Shown here piece by piece: positions 18,713 to 29,762 of a stretch of DNA of 64,000 nt. The notes beneath the pieces are model-generated. The model saw nothing but the letters and a program-made list of their open reading frames with translations. It was not told where the DNA came from and ran no database searches. Position 1 is the first letter of the stretch. Each line of letters opens with the position of its first letter. This DNA comes from Phyllobacteriaceae bacterium (GTDB lineage Bacteria; Pseudomonadota; Alphaproteobacteria; Rhizobiales; Rhizobiaceae). The stretch is taken from positions 59,365 through 123,364 of the forward strand of contig PAPF01000030.1 of NCBI GenBank assembly GCA_002708825.1, given 5' to 3'. Made by a program: the position numbers and the translations under genes.

Positions 18713-19909
18713 TCAGTGCTTGAGCGCTTCCACGCCCGGCAGGGCCTTGCCTTCCATCCATTCCAGGAAGGCGCCGCCGGCGGTGGAAACATAGGTGAAC
18801 TGGCCGGCCACGCCGGCATGGTTGAGCGCGGCCACCGTATCGCCGCCGCCCGCCACCGAGACGAGTTCGCCCGCGCTGGTGCGTTCCGCCGCCGCGCGGG
18901 CCGCTGCCACGGTCGCCGCGTCGAACGGCGTGATCTCGAAGGCGCCGAGCGGCCCGTTCCACACCACTGTCGCCGCCTTGCCGATCCACGACTTGATGTC
19001 TTCCACCGAGGCCGGACCGGTGTCCAGGATCATGGTGTCGGAGGGCACCGCATCCACGGAAACCACGCTGCTCTCGGCATTGGCGGCGAATTCCTTTGCC
19101 ACCACCGCGTCGGTGGGCAGCACGATGGTCGAACCGGCCTTGTCGGCCGCCGCCATGATGGCGCGCGCCGTGTCGGCAAGGTCATGCTCGCACAGCGACT
19201 TGCCCACGTCCTTGCCCTGGGCGGCCAGGAAGGTATTGGCCATGCCGCCGCCGATCACGAGTGCGTCGACCCGGGTGACGAGGTTCTGCAACAGGTCGAT
19301 CTTGGTGGACACCTTGGCCCCGCCGACAATGGCCACCACGGGGCGTGCCGGATTGCCGAGGCCCTTTTCCAACGCTTCCAGTTCGGCCTGCATGGTGCGC
19401 CCGGCATAGGCAGGAAGCTTGTGCGCCAGGCCCTCGGTCGAGGCATGGGCACGGTGCGCCGCCGAGAAGGCGTCGTTCACGTAGAGGTCGCCATTGGCCG
19501 CCAGCGCGTCCACGAAATCCGGCAGGTTCTTCTCCTCGCCCTTGTGAAAGCGGGTGTTCTCCAGCAGCAGGATGTCGCCATTGTTCATGCGCCCGATGGC
19601 GCCCTGCGCCTCCGCGCCCACCGTTTCCGGTTCGAAGACGACGCGCTGGTCGAGCACCTGCTCGATGGCCGGCGCAATCGGCCTGAGCGACATGTCGGGC
19701 ACGGCTTCGCCCTTCGGCCGCCCGAAATGGGCCAGCAGGATGACCTTGGCGCCCTTGGCGGACAGCTCCGAAATGGTCGGCGCCACGCGTTCGATCCGGG
19801 TCGTGTCGGTCACCACGCCGTCCTTCACCGGAACGTTGATGTCCACGCGCACCAGTACTCGCTTGCCGGCGATATCGCCCATGTCGTCGATGGTCCTGAA
19901 GGCGGCCAT
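18713..19909 (-). CDS. pgk: Phosphoglycerate kinase
   Basis: [52 protein letters not shown]. Confidence 0.97.
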   Translation of the reverse strand: MAAFRTIDDMGDIAGKRVLVRVDINVPVKDGVVTDTTRIERVAPTISELSAKGAKVILLAHFGRPKGEAVPDMSLRPIAPAIEQVLDQRVVFEPETVGAEAQGAIGRMNNGDILLLENTRFHKGEEKNLPDFVDALAANGDLYVNDAFSAAHRAHASTEGLAHKLPAYAGRTMQAELEALEKGLGNPARPVVAIVGGAKVSTKIDLLQNLVTRVDALVIGGGMANTFLAAQGKDVGKSLCEHDLADTARAIMAAADKAGSTIVLPTDAVVAKEFAANAESSVVSVDAVPSDTMILDTGPASVEDIKSWIGKAATVVWNGPLGAFEITPFDAATVAAARAAAERTSAGELVSVAGGGDTVAALNHAGVAGQFTYVSTAGGAFLEWMEGKALPGVEALKH

Positions 19910-20005
19910 GAAGTTCCCTCCGCTCACGTGTGGCTGAATTCCTGTCCCTAGCAGAAACCGCAATCGGCGCGCATGCGCAAGGCGCCCGGCAGGCTGTAGG
20001 GCAAA

Positions 20006-20149
20006 TTATCGCGGGCGCGCGCCTTCATCACGGTTTCCCGCCGCACCCTCGCCGGGCGCGTGGCGGCAGGCCCGCCAGATGCAGCGCAGCCGCCAGGCAA
20101 GGCCGCCGGCAAGAGCCAGGACGAGGAGGATGGCGGCAAGCGTCTTCAT
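20006..20149 (-). CDS. Small single-pass membrane protein, 47 aa (not in ORF track)
   Basis: AAGGA RBS; MKTLAAILLVLALAGGLAWRLRCIWRACRHAPGEGAAGNRDEGARPR*; co-oriented between gap and pgk. Confidence 0.55.
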   Translation of the reverse strand: MKTLAAILLVLALAGGLAWRLRCIWRACRHAPGEGAAGNRDEGARPR

Positions 20150-20184
20150 CCCGGCATCCTTGCTCCGCCTCGACCACGCCTGCA

Positions 20185-20217
20185 AACGAAAACCGCCAGA
20201 CCTTCCGGTCCGGCGGT
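20185..20217 (-). terminator. Terminator after gap
   Basis: Minus strand ACCGCCGGACC-GGAA-GGTCTGGCGGT then TTTCGTTT. Confidence 0.65.
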
Positions 20218-20246
20218 CGTCAAGTCAGACGGTCGACTCACACCCG

Positions 20247-21257
20247 TCAGAGGAACTTCGCCATGGCGACGGCGGTGTCGCCCATGCGGTTGGAGAAGCC
20301 CCACTCGTTGTCGTACCACGACAGGATCGACACCAGCGTGCCGTCCATCACCTTGGTCTGGTCCATGTGGAAGATCGAGGAATGCGGATCGTGGTTGAAG
20401 TCGATGGAGACGTTCTTGGCCTCGGTATAGCCGAGCACGCCCTTGAGCGGGCCGTCCGCTGCCGCCTTGATCGCCGCGTTGATCTCGGCCACCGAAGTCG
20501 CCTTCTTCGCGATGAACTTGAGGTCCACGACCGAGACGTTCGGCGTCGGGACGCGCATGGCGAAGCCGTCCAGCTTGCCGTTGAGTTCGGGCAGCACGAG
20601 ACCCACGGCCTTGGCCGCGCCGGTCGAGGTCGGGATCATGCTCATGGCGGCAGCGCGGCCGCGATAGAGATCCTTGTGCATCGTGTCCAGCGTCGGCTGG
20701 TCGCCGGTATAGGAATGGATCGTCGTCATCATGCCCTTCTCGATGCCGACGGCGTCGTGCAGCACCTTGGCCACCGGCGAGAGGCAATTGGTCGTGCAGG
20801 ACGCGTTGGAAACGACGTGATCGTCAGCCGTCAGCGTGTCATGGTTGACGCCGTAGACGATCGTCTTGTCCGCGCCATCGGCCGGTGCGGAGACCAGCAC
20901 GCGCTTGGCACCGGCTTCCAGGTGCATGGCTGCCTTGTCGCGCGCGGTGAAGATGCCCGTGCATTCCATCACGATGTCGACGCCCAGATCGCCCCAGGGC
21001 AGGTTCTTCGGGTCGCGCTCGGCCAGCACTTTGAAGCTGTCGCCACCCTCGATGCGGATCGTGTCGCCATCCACCGTAACGCTCTTGGGGAACTTGCCAT
21101 GCACCGAGTCGAAGCGCATCAGGTGGGCGTTGGTTTCCACCGGGCCCAGGTCGTTGATGGCGACGATGTCGATGTCCTTGCGCCCGGATTCGTAAATGGC
21201 GCGCACGACATTGCGGCCAATGCGGCCAAATCCGTTGATGGCGATTCTCACGGTCAT
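20247..21257 (-). CDS. gap: Type I glyceraldehyde-3-phosphate dehydrogenase
   Basis: [28 protein letters not shown]. Confidence 0.98.
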   Translation of the reverse strand: MTVRIAINGFGRIGRNVVRAIYESGRKDIDIVAINDLGPVETNAHLMRFDSVHGKFPKSVTVDGDTIRIEGGDSFKVLAERDPKNLPWGDLGVDIVMECTGIFTARDKAAMHLEAGAKRVLVSAPADGADKTIVYGVNHDTLTADDHVVSNASCTTNCLSPVAKVLHDAVGIEKGMMTTIHSYTGDQPTLDTMHKDLYRGRAAAMSMIPTSTGAAKAVGLVLPELNGKLDGFAMRVPTPNVSVVDLKFIAKKATSVAEINAAIKAAADGPLKGVLGYTEAKNVSIDFNHDPHSSIFHMDQTKVMDGTLVSILSWYDNEWGFSNRMGDTAVAMAKFL

Positions 21258-21487
21258 GTCAGGTATCTCCCGCAGGCTTCTTCAGGGCCGGGCACGGGCC
21301 GGCCGGTTCCGGTTGGATGGCAAGCGGCGGGCTGACCGCCGAAGCTGCCGTTTCTTAGCGGCGCGTGGTGCAAGAATCCAGATGGCTTGCGCCCTTTCAG
21401 GCTGCCTTTGGCGAAAAGACTTTCCCTTTCAATCGATAAAACCCGATCGCACCCGCGCAAGCGCCGTCCCGCGCTCCTCCGCCATGC

Positions 21488-21525
21488 AAAAAGGCCGCGC
21501 CGGGATTCGCTCCGGGCGCGGCCTC
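21488..21525 (-). terminator. Terminator after tkt
   Basis: Minus strand AGGCCGCGCC...GGCGCGGCCT followed by TTTT. Confidence 0.75.
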
Positions 21526-21544
21526 ATGTCGCAGTTTTATTCGC

Positions 21545-23539
21545 TCAGCTGTGCCTGGCGAGCAGCTCCTGGGCCTTCTCTGCCACGGCTTCCGGCGTGA
21601 TCCCGAAATGCTTGTAGAGCTCTTCGTAGGGGCCGGAGGCGCCGAAGGAGTCCATGCCGACGAAGCCGCCGTCCTCGCCGATGAACCGGTCCCAGCCCAT
21701 GCGGATGCCCGCTTCCACCGCCACGCGCACCGGCGAGGAACCGAGAATGGCCTTGCGGTAGTCGGCGTCCTGCTTCGCGAAAAGCTCCATGCAGGGCACC
21801 GACACCACGCGGGTGGGAATGCCGCGGCCTTCCAGCAGCGTGCGTGCGTTGAGCGCGATCTCCACTTCCGAACCCGTGGCGAACAGCGAGACCCTGGCAT
21901 CGTCGGACGCCGTCTGCAGTTCGTAGGCGCCGAATGCGCACAGGTTTTCATCCGCGTAATCGGTACGCACTGCCGGCAGGTTCTGGCGCGTCAGCGCCAG
22001 GGTCGATGGCGTATTGCGCGATTCCAGCGCGATCTGCCAGCACTCCGCCGTTTCCATCGCGTCTGCCGGGCGGAAGACCTGGTGGTTCGGGATGGCGCGC
22101 AGGGCAGCCAGGTGCTCCACGGGCTGGTGCGTCGGCCCGTCCTCGCCCAGGCCGATGGAATCATGCGTCATGACATAGACGACGCGCAGGCCCATCAGCG
22201 AGGACAGCCGCATGGCTGGCCGCGCATAGTCGGAGAACACGAGGAAGGTGCCGGAATAAGGGATCAGCCCGCCATGAAGGGCAATGCCGTTCATCGCCGC
22301 GGCCATGCCATGCTCGCGGATACCGTAGTGGATGTAGCGTCCGGAGAAATCGTCGGGCGTGACCGGCGCGGTCTGGCTCGTCTTGGTGTTGTTGGAGCCG
22401 GTCAGGTCGGCCGAGCCGCCGATGGTCTCGCTCACCGCGCCGTTGATGACTTCGAGCGCCATTTCCGAGGCCTTGCGGGTGGCCACCTTCGGGCGGTCCT
22501 GCGCCAGCTTGGCCTTGTATTCGCCGATGGCGGTCTCGAAGGCGCCGGGCAGGTCGCCGCGCATGGCGCGCTCGAACTCGCCGCGGATGGTGGCCTCGGC
22601 TCCGGCAAGGCGCTTTTCCCAGGCGGTGCGCGCCTTGGTGGAGCGCAGGCCGGCCAGCCGCCATGCGTCGAGCACGTCGGAAGGCACCTCGAAGGGTTCC
22701 GCGTTCCAGCCCAGCGCCAGGCGGGTGGCGGCGATTTCCTCGGCGCCAAGCGGCGAGCCGTGAACCTTGGCCGTGCCGGCCTTGTTGGGCGCACCGAAAC
22801 CGATCGTCGTCTTGCAGGCGATCATGGTTGGCCGGTCGGAGCCGCGGGCCGCCTCGATGGCAGCGGCAATGGCGTCGGGATCATGCCCGTCCACGGCCAT
22901 GGTTTCCCAGCCTGATGCCTCGAAGCGCTTGCGCTGGTCGGTGCTGTCGGACACCGAAACCGGTCCGTCGATGGAAATGCTGTTGTCATCCCACAGCAGG
23001 ATCAGCTTGGAAAGCTTCAGATGGCCGGCCAGCGAGATCGCCTCCTGGCTGATGCCCTCCATCAGGCAGCCGTCGCCGGCCAGCACATAGGTATGGTGGT
23101 TGACGAGGTCGTCGCCGTAGCGCGCATTGAGCAGCCGTTCGGCCAGCGCCATGCCCACGGCGTTGGCGACACCCTGGCCGAGCGGACCGGTCGTCGTCTC
23201 GATGCCCGCGGCATGGCCGTATTCCGGGTGACCGGCGGTCTTGGAGCCGACCTGGCGGAAATTGCGGATTTCGTCGATCGTGATGTCCTCGTAGCCCGTC
23301 AGGTAAAGCAGCGAGTACAGGAGCATCGAGCCGTGGCCGGCCGACAGGACGAAACGGTCGCGGTCCGGCCAGCCGGGATGCTTGGGATCGTGGTTCAGGA
23401 ACCGCGTATAGAGCACCGTTGCGATATCGGCCGCGCCCATGGGCAGGCCGGGATGGCCCGACTTGGCCTTTTCGACCGCATCCATGGAAAGGAAACGGAT
23501 CGCATTGGCCATCCGGTCGTGTTTTTCGCGTGTGATCAT
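21545..23539 (-). CDS. tkt: Transketolase
   Basis: [47 protein letters not shown]. Confidence 0.98.
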   Translation of the reverse strand: MITREKHDRMANAIRFLSMDAVEKAKSGHPGLPMGAADIATVLYTRFLNHDPKHPGWPDRDRFVLSAGHGSMLLYSLLYLTGYEDITIDEIRNFRQVGSKTAGHPEYGHAAGIETTTGPLGQGVANAVGMALAERLLNARYGDDLVNHHTYVLAGDGCLMEGISQEAISLAGHLKLSKLILLWDDNSISIDGPVSVSDSTDQRKRFEASGWETMAVDGHDPDAIAAAIEAARGSDRPTMIACKTTIGFGAPNKAGTAKVHGSPLGAEEIAATRLALGWNAEPFEVPSDVLDAWRLAGLRSTKARTAWEKRLAGAEATIRGEFERAMRGDLPGAFETAIGEYKAKLAQDRPKVATRKASEMALEVINGAVSETIGGSADLTGSNNTKTSQTAPVTPDDFSGRYIHYGIREHGMAAAMNGIALHGGLIPYSGTFLVFSDYARPAMRLSSLMGLRVVYVMTHDSIGLGEDGPTHQPVEHLAALRAIPNHQVFRPADAMETAECWQIALESRNTPSTLALTRQNLPAVRTDYADENLCAFGAYELQTASDDARVSLFATGSEVEIALNARTLLEGRGIPTRVVSVPCMELFAKQDADYRKAILGSSPVRVAVEAGIRMGWDRFIGEDGGFVGMDSFGASGPYEELYKHFGITPEAVAEKAQELLARHS

Positions 23540-23864
23540 GTGATTGCTGGTCCTTGCCGGCGGAAAACGGGAGCGTGTCCCTTCATTGGTCCGCATATGG
23601 CGCACGGTGCGCCGCCCCTCGGAGAAAAGCAGGCGCTACATATCAGGTGCGTATCGCGAGTCAACCGGACGGGGGCACGCCATGGCCTGGTCTCCACCGT
23701 TCGCCGGACTGCGAACGCGGCTTGCCGGCATGGCAAATCAGGGGATGACGAATGAAGCCGTGTTGACCTCGCCTTAATCCGGCCCGTAATCTTTCGCAGA
23801 TAAACGGTTCACTTTCCGCCACGATTCGCCGCCCTCGCAGCGTGCCGAAAACGGACCCAAGGCC

Positions 23865-24137
23865 ATGACGGGTGACGTGACACTCAAAGAAGCGATTGAC
23901 CGGCTTTCAAGGGCGCTCGACACCCTTGAAAACGCGGTTGACGCGCGCCTTGAGAAGGAAGCCGATTTCGCCGAGGCCGAGGCGGAAGTGCAGCGCATGA
24001 ATGCCGACCGCGCCCGCCTCGCCCAGGAACTGGACAGTTCCGAAGCCCGGGCCGAGCGCCTCGAACAGACGAACAAGGAGGTCTCGCGCCGCCTGGTCAC
24101 GGCCATGGAGACCATCCGGGCCGTTCTCGACCGGTAA
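23865..24137 (+). CDS. DUF4164-family coiled-coil protein
   Basis: ADRARLAQELD...LEQTNKEVSRRL..AMETIRAVL; upstream of zapA. Confidence 0.85.
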   Translation: MTGDVTLKEAIDRLSRALDTLENAVDARLEKEADFAEAEAEVQRMNADRARLAQELDSSEARAERLEQTNKEVSRRLVTAMETIRAVLDR

Positions 24138-24169
24138 TGACAGCGCGCGGACCGGCAAGGGAGGGGCCA

Positions 24170-24529
24170 GTGCCACAGGTTTCGGTGATCATCGACGGCA
24201 AGACCTACCGCATGGCCTGCGACGAGGGCCAGGAGGAGCATCTGGCCGACCTGGCCCAACGCTTCGACCGCTATGTCACCCACCTGAAGGGTTCGTTCGG
24301 CGAGATCGGCGACCAGCGCCTGACCGTCATGGCCGGCATCATGGTCATGGACGAACTTGTCGAACTTCAAAAGCGCATGCGCGGGCTTCAGGCCGAGGCC
24401 GACACCCTGCGCAAGACCCGCGACGAGGCCCTCGCCAGGGCCGACCGCATCGATGCGGGGCTGTCCTCGACCATGACGACCCTTGCCGAACGCATGGAGT
24501 CCATTGCCGGCAGGATCGCCAGGGGCTGA
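24170..24529 (+). CDS. zapA: Cell division protein ZapA
   Basis: QVSVIIDGKTYRMACDEGQEEHL, GEIGDQRLTVMAGIMVMDEL; GTG start after GGGAGG. Confidence 0.92.
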   Translation: MPQVSVIIDGKTYRMACDEGQEEHLADLAQRFDRYVTHLKGSFGEIGDQRLTVMAGIMVMDELVELQKRMRGLQAEADTLRKTRDEALARADRIDAGLSSTMTTLAERMESIAGRIARG

Positions 24530-24572
24530 TGTCCCGCCAGGCCTGCGGCGGGACATGAGCCGGAGTCGGGCC

Positions 24573-24791
24573 TCAGCGGCCCATCGTGAGCCGGATAAGG
24601 ATGTAGAAGACCGTCGGAACGGCAGCCAGCGCCGGCAGGATCAGCGCCGGATAGCCGAACAGCACGATGGCGATGAGCCATGCCCCTGCAAGGTTGAGTA
24701 ACGGCAGGACAGGACGGAAGTCGTCCTTTTCCGGCGTATTGGCGGCTGCGGAAAAATCGGCGCGATCCATCGCGGCGGCGACAGTGCTCAT
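24573..24791 (-). CDS. Small two-TM membrane protein
   Basis: GAGG RBS; MSTVAAA... with hydrophobic C-terminal half. Confidence 0.65.
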   Translation of the reverse strand: MSTVAAAMDRADFSAAANTPEKDDFRPVLPLLNLAGAWLIAIVLFGYPALILPALAAVPTVFYILIRLTMGR

Positions 24792-24939
24792 GGCATATCC
24801 CTCATGCTGGTGCGTGCCCGGTCCCGAAGGCCGGCCACTGCGGTTTGTATTGGCCGCTATGTGGATGGACCACGCCGGATCGGGAAGGTGACAGGAGCGC
24901 ACATGTGACAATCTGTCAGGCGCTGGCCGGGCGGTCTTG

Positions 24940-25995
24940 TCAGCGCAGTGCCGCGAGTTCGCCCGCCAGCGTCTCCACCAGGGCGCCAGCGCCCATCGGC
25001 CGGGACAATGCCGCACCCTGGCCCGCCCACCAGGCGCCGAAGCCGGTCTCGCCGCGGTTCCGGGCCGCGGCGTTGAGCGCCTTGCCCGCGCCATAGGCGT
25101 TGGGATAGGCCGCGACCTCTGCGGCGGCAAAGCCGGCCCCGAAAGCCGTGAAGCGGTTGGTCAGGCAGCGCGCCGGCCGTCCGGAAATGACCCGGGTCAT
25201 TTCCGTGCCTCCCTTGCCGTCGGTCAGACGGGCACGATAGGCCGCATCGGCTGCAGACTCCTCGCAACAGGCGAAGGCCGTGCCCAGTTGCGCCGCGGCC
25301 GCTCCAAGTGAAAGGGCAGCGGCGATCCCGGCCCCGTCCATGATGCCGCCGGCAGCGATCACCGGGATGGCGAGACGCTGGCTGAGCAGCCGCGTCAGGG
25401 CGAATGTCCCAAGACATTCGTCTGCGCCGTTCTCGTCGAAGACACCGCGATGGCCGCCTGCCTCGAAACCCTGCGCGACCACCGCGTCCATGCCGGCCGC
25501 TTCCGCCATCAGCCCTTCCGCCAGTGAGGTCGCGGAAGCGAAAAGCACGATGCCGGCCTCTTTCAGCGCAGCGATGCGCTCGGCGTCGGGCAGGCCGAAA
25601 TGAAACGAGACCACGGCCGGCCGCTCCTCCAGCAGCATGGCCAGCATCGCGTCGTCTTCCAGGAAACTCGTATAGGCCGGCGGCAGATCATCGGGCGGCA
25701 AGGCGCCGAACCGCGCGAATTCGGGCGCCAAACGCCGCAGCCACGCCTGCTCGCCGGCTGGATCGCGCGGCCGGATGGCATGGCAGAACAGGTTGGCGTT
25801 GATCGCCCTGTCCGTAAGCTCTCGCGTCTGGCGGATCATGGCACGGGCCTGGTCCGGACCGGACGCCCCGAGGCCGAGCGACCCGAGTCCGCCGGCATTG
25901 GCAACCGCCGCCGCCATGGCGGGTGTTGCAACGCCGGCCATCGGTGCCTGGACGATGGGATGGGCGAGTTGCAGCCGGGCGATCAAATCGGTCAC
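24940..25995 (-). CDS. Nitronate monooxygenase family flavoprotein
   Basis: PIVQAPMAG, VSFHFG, QGFEAGGHRG, IAAGGIMDG, QLGTAF. Confidence 0.9.
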   Translation of the reverse strand: MTDLIARLQLAHPIVQAPMAGVATPAMAAAVANAGGLGSLGLGASGPDQARAMIRQTRELTDRAINANLFCHAIRPRDPAGEQAWLRRLAPEFARFGALPPDDLPPAYTSFLEDDAMLAMLLEERPAVVSFHFGLPDAERIAALKEAGIVLFASATSLAEGLMAEAAGMDAVVAQGFEAGGHRGVFDENGADECLGTFALTRLLSQRLAIPVIAAGGIMDGAGIAAALSLGAAAAQLGTAFACCEESAADAAYRARLTDGKGGTEMTRVISGRPARCLTNRFTAFGAGFAAAEVAAYPNAYGAGKALNAAARNRGETGFGAWWAGQGAALSRPMGAGALVETLAGELAALR

Positions 25996-25999
25996 GGTC

Positions 26000-27820
26000 C
26001 TAGCCTTCCAGTTCCTCGCGCAGCATTTCCAGTTCCAGCCACTCCTCTTCCGCCCTGTCGCGCTCGGCGCGCCGGGCATCGAGTTCGGCGGCCAGCCTGT
26101 TGAAGCCGCCGGGATCCCTGGCATAAAGCGCCGGATCGGCCAGCCGAGCCTCCAGCCTTTCCATCTCCCCGGTCAGCCGCTCGATCTCCCTGGGCAGGTT
26201 TTCCAGCGCGAATTTCTGCTTGTAGGAGAGTTTGGCCCTGGCGGCCGCAGGCCTCGCGGCAACCGGTGCGGACGCAGCCGTTCTTGTCTCGGCGCGCGCG
26301 GCGGGTTTCGGCTCGGCCAGTTCGAAACGGCTCGTGCCGCGCTGGGCAAGCATGTCGGCATAGCCGCCGGCATAGGCCAGCCACTTGCCGCCCGCTTCCG
26401 GCGCAAGCGTCGCCGAGACGGTCCGGTCGAGGAAATCGCGGTCGTGACTGACGAGAATGACCGTGCCGGGAAACCCGGCAACGAGTTCCTGCAGCAGGTC
26501 CAGCGTTTCCATGTCGAGATCGTTGGTCGGCTCGTCAAGCACCAGCAGGTTGGCCGGTTGCGCCAGCACCTTGGCCAGCAGCAGCCTGGCCTTCTCGCCG
26601 CCGGACAATTCGCGGATCGGGGTACGCGCCTGTTCCGGCTTGAACAGGAATTCCTTCATGTAGGACATGACATGGCGCGCCTCGCCATTGATGACGACCT
26701 GGTCTCCGCGCCCGCCAGTGAGAAACGAAGCCGGCGTATCGTCCGGGTCGAGGTGTGCACGGCCCTGGTCCAGCGTCGCGATTTCCAGGTTGACGCCGAG
26801 CCGCACCGTGCCGCCATCGGGCGCCAGTTCCCCGGTCAGCATCTTCAGAAGCGTCGTCTTCCCTGCCCCGTTCGGCCCCACAAGGCCGATGCGGTCGCCC
26901 CGCAGGATGCGCATGGAGAAATCGCGAACGATGACCCGCTCGCCATAGGACTTGGAAATGCCCTTGGCCTCGACGACGAGTTTGCCGGAAGCCTCGGCTT
27001 CGGAAGCCTCCAGCCGCGCCTTGCCTTCCGGCCCCTGATGCGCGCGGAAAGCCTGGCGCATGACCTGCAATTCGCCCAGCCGGCGCATGTTGCGCTTGCG
27101 CCGCCCGGAAACGCCGTGCACCACCCAGTGCTCCTCGCGCGCGATCTGGCGGCCGAGCTTGTGCTGCTCGCGTTCCTCTTCCTCGTGGACCTGGTCGCGC
27201 CAGTCCTCGAAATGGGCAAAGCCCTTTTCCAGCCGCCGCGTCGTGCCCCGGTCCAGCCAGACCGTGGCCTTGGTCACCCGCTCCAGGAAGCGCCGGTCGT
27301 GGCTGATCAGGATGATGGCGGAGGTGGACTGCTGCAACTCCTCTTCCAGCCATTCGATCGTGGCGAGATCGAGGTGGTTGGTCGGCTCATCGAGCAGGAG
27401 GATGTCCGGCTGTGGCGCCAGGACGCGCGCCAGCGCCGCGCGCCGAGCCTCGCCACCCGACAGCAGTGCCGGATCGGCCGCGCCGTCGAGGCCGAGATGG
27501 TCGAGCAGGTAGGCCACCCGCCATTCCTCGTCCGCAGGTCCGAGCCCGGCCGTCACATAGGCCTCGATGCTGCGATGGTCGCCGAAATCGGGCGCCTGCG
27601 GCAGGTAGCGGATGGTCGCGGTGGGCTGGCGGAAGACCTCGCCCTCCTGCGCCTCGACGAGGCCCGCGGCGATCTTCAGCAATGTCGACTTGCCCGATCC
27701 GTTGCGCCCGACAAGCGCGATCTTGTCGCCGGCCCCGGCCGAAAGCGTGGCACCGTCGAGGAGCGGCTTGCCGCCGAAGGTCAGGCGGATGCCGTCGAGA
27801 TGCAGGAGAGGCGGTGCCAT
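26000..27820 (-). CDS. uup: ABC-F ATPase (Uup-like)
   Basis: Two NBDs (GRNGSGKS, GPNGAGKT; two LSGGE; two DEPTN), no TMs, C-terminal KLSYKQ coiled coil. Confidence 0.88.
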   Translation of the reverse strand: MAPPLLHLDGIRLTFGGKPLLDGATLSAGAGDKIALVGRNGSGKSTLLKIAAGLVEAQEGEVFRQPTATIRYLPQAPDFGDHRSIEAYVTAGLGPADEEWRVAYLLDHLGLDGAADPALLSGGEARRAALARVLAPQPDILLLDEPTNHLDLATIEWLEEELQQSTSAIILISHDRRFLERVTKATVWLDRGTTRRLEKGFAHFEDWRDQVHEEEEREQHKLGRQIAREEHWVVHGVSGRRKRNMRRLGELQVMRQAFRAHQGPEGKARLEASEAEASGKLVVEAKGISKSYGERVIVRDFSMRILRGDRIGLVGPNGAGKTTLLKMLTGELAPDGGTVRLGVNLEIATLDQGRAHLDPDDTPASFLTGGRGDQVVINGEARHVMSYMKEFLFKPEQARTPIRELSGGEKARLLLAKVLAQPANLLVLDEPTNDLDMETLDLLQELVAGFPGTVILVSHDRDFLDRTVSATLAPEAGGKWLAYAGGYADMLAQRGTSRFELAEPKPAARAETRTAASAPVAARPAAARAKLSYKQKFALENLPREIERLTGEMERLEARLADPALYARDPGGFNRLAAELDARRAERDRAEEEWLELEMLREELEG

Positions 27821-27833
27821 GGTGTGAGAACCT

Positions 27834-28478
27834 TCAGAGTTGCGCCGCCGGATCGGGATGGGCCACCAGCAGCGCACGGCCCGCCGCCAGTTCGACCGTG
27901 AGCGGTCCGAGCGCGACATTGGACATGGTGAGCGACGAGCCGAAGGCCACATCCGTCTCGAACAGCGGCCACTTGGCCCCGGCGACGCTCAATCCTTCGA
28001 GGTCGCTGAAGGCCAGCACCGAGAAAAGCGTCCCCTTCGGCAGGTCGAAGCGGTTTTGCCCGTGCAGGACCGGATAGCCCTCCTGCTTGCCGGAGGTGAT
28101 GAGCACCGGCAGTCCTGTCTCGGCCACCGAAACGGCTGCGGCCAGGTGCAGGAAGGCATGGTCGATGCGCGGCCCTCCGAAGGCGCCGGCCAGGATGAAG
28201 GCGCTGGCGCCGCGCTTCAGCGCCTCGGCGATGGCCAGTTCCCCGTCGGTCATGTCCTTGTCTTGCGGAAACGCCATGCGCGGCACGTCCGGGTAGCGGT
28301 CGAACAGGGCCTCGCCGGCGCTGTCGAAGTCGCCCAGCCAGGCCTCCGGCGTCACGCCCAGCAGTGCGGCATGTTCCATGCCTGAATCGGCTGCGATCAC
28401 GCTGTGCCCGGCCACCTGGCTCATCAGGCGCGGCGTGGCGTGCAGTTCGCCGCCGAGAAGAATGACGAATGTGCTCAT
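27834..28478 (-). CDS. thiN: Thiamine diphosphokinase
   Basis: IAADSG, LGDFDS, DKDMTDGELA, GGPRIDH, GAKWPL; divergent from thiBPQ. Confidence 0.9.
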   Translation of the reverse strand: MSTFVILLGGELHATPRLMSQVAGHSVIAADSGMEHAALLGVTPEAWLGDFDSAGEALFDRYPDVPRMAFPQDKDMTDGELAIAEALKRGASAFILAGAFGGPRIDHAFLHLAAAVSVAETGLPVLITSGKQEGYPVLHGQNRFDLPKGTLFSVLAFSDLEGLSVAGAKWPLFETDVAFGSSLTMSNVALGPLTVELAAGRALLVAHPDPAAQL

Positions 28479-28587
28479 GCCCGCGCGCTTAGCACGCCAT
28501 TGCGGCAAGGCAAAGCGTCACGGCCGCAAACCACGCAACCCGCCCCTCCCCCTTGTCAGCCCGGCAGCGCTCCTCTAAATGCGGAGG

Positions 28588-28688
28588 TGTTCTAACGGGG
28601 TGCATGCCGGCTTTTTGCCCGGCGCGCTGAGAGGCCTCTCGCCAACCCGCAAAACCTGATCCGGTTAGCACCGGCGGAGGGATTAGAC
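28588..28688 (+). promoter_or_regulatory. TPP riboswitch
   Basis: TCTAACGGGGTGC...GCTGAGAGG...ACCCGCAAAACCTGATCCGGTTAGCACCGGCGGAGGGATTAGA; preceded by TTGTCA-N17-TAAATG. Confidence 0.93.
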
Positions 28689-28747
28689 GTTCTGCTTGTC
28701 CGCAGCGCCTTTTTCTCCGAAACACGAAACCAGAAGGAGCGCAGACA

Positions 28748-29740
28748 ATGCGAAATATCCTGCTTGCCGCCTGTTCCGCAATTGCCATGGCCGGTCCGGC
28801 CGCCGCGGCCGATCTCACCGTCTACACCTATGAAGCCTTTACCGCCGACTGGGGTCCCGGTCCGGTGGTGGAGAAGGCCTTCGAGGCCGAATGCGGCTGC
28901 GACATCGAATTCGTCGACGTGACCGACGGCGTCGCCCTGCTCAACCGGCTGAAGCTGGAGGGTGAGGACACAGGCGCCGACATCATCCTCGGCCTCGACA
29001 CCAACCTGATGGCCGACGCGAGGGAGACCGGCCTGTTCGCGCCCCACGGCGTCAGCCTGGAAAACGTCGACGTGCCCGGCGGCTGGTCCGACGGCACCTT
29101 CATTCCCTTCGACTACGGCCATTTCGCCGTGGTCTATGACACCGAAGCCGTGGCCAACCCGCCGAAAAGCCTGAAGGAACTGATGGAAGGCGGCGACACG
29201 CCGAAAATCGTCATCCAGGACCCGCGCACCTCCACGCCCGGCCTCGGTCTCGTGCTCTGGGTGAAGAAGGTCTATGGCGATGACGCCCCGCAAGCCTGGA
29301 AGGCTTTCAGCGACCGTGTTCTGACTGTGACGCCGGGCTGGTCGGAAGCCTACAATCTCTTCGTGAAGGGTGAGGCACCGATGGTGCTCTCCTATGTCAC
29401 GTCTCCGGCCTACCACATGATCGCCGAGGATACCGACCGCTATCAGGCGGCCTCCTTCGAGGAAGGCCACTACATGCAGATCGAGATCGCCGGCCAGACC
29501 GTGAAGGGCAAGGACAATCCGCTGGCCGCCCGGTTCCTCTCCTTCATGACCGGTCCCGGCTTCCAGGACGTCATTCCCGAAACCAACTGGATGATGCCGG
29601 CCGGCAAGACGGAGAAGCCGCTGGCCGACGCCTTCTCGAAACTGGTCGAGCCATCCGCGAGCCTGACCTTCACGCCGGAGGAAGTGGCCGCCAACCGCAA
29701 GGCCTGGGTGGACGAGTGGCTTTCCGCGATGAGCCGCTGA
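28748..29740 (+). CDS. thiB: Thiamine ABC transporter substrate-binding protein
   Basis: [36 protein letters not shown]; follows TPP riboswitch. Confidence 0.95.
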   Translation: MRNILLAACSAIAMAGPAAAADLTVYTYEAFTADWGPGPVVEKAFEAECGCDIEFVDVTDGVALLNRLKLEGEDTGADIILGLDTNLMADARETGLFAPHGVSLENVDVPGGWSDGTFIPFDYGHFAVVYDTEAVANPPKSLKELMEGGDTPKIVIQDPRTSTPGLGLVLWVKKVYGDDAPQAWKAFSDRVLTVTPGWSEAYNLFVKGEAPMVLSYVTSPAYHMIAEDTDRYQAASFEEGHYMQIEIAGQTVKGKDNPLAARFLSFMTGPGFQDVIPETNWMMPAGKTEKPLADAFSKLVEPSASLTFTPEEVAANRKAWVDEWLSAMSR

Positions 29741-29762
29741 CGGCCCTGCGGACAGGACCGGC

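Noticed and set aside
19948..20139. 63-aa ORF with an apparent lipobox (GGC) between gap and pgk
   Set aside because: No clear RBS; the overlapping frame 20006-20149 has an RBS and a proper TM helix
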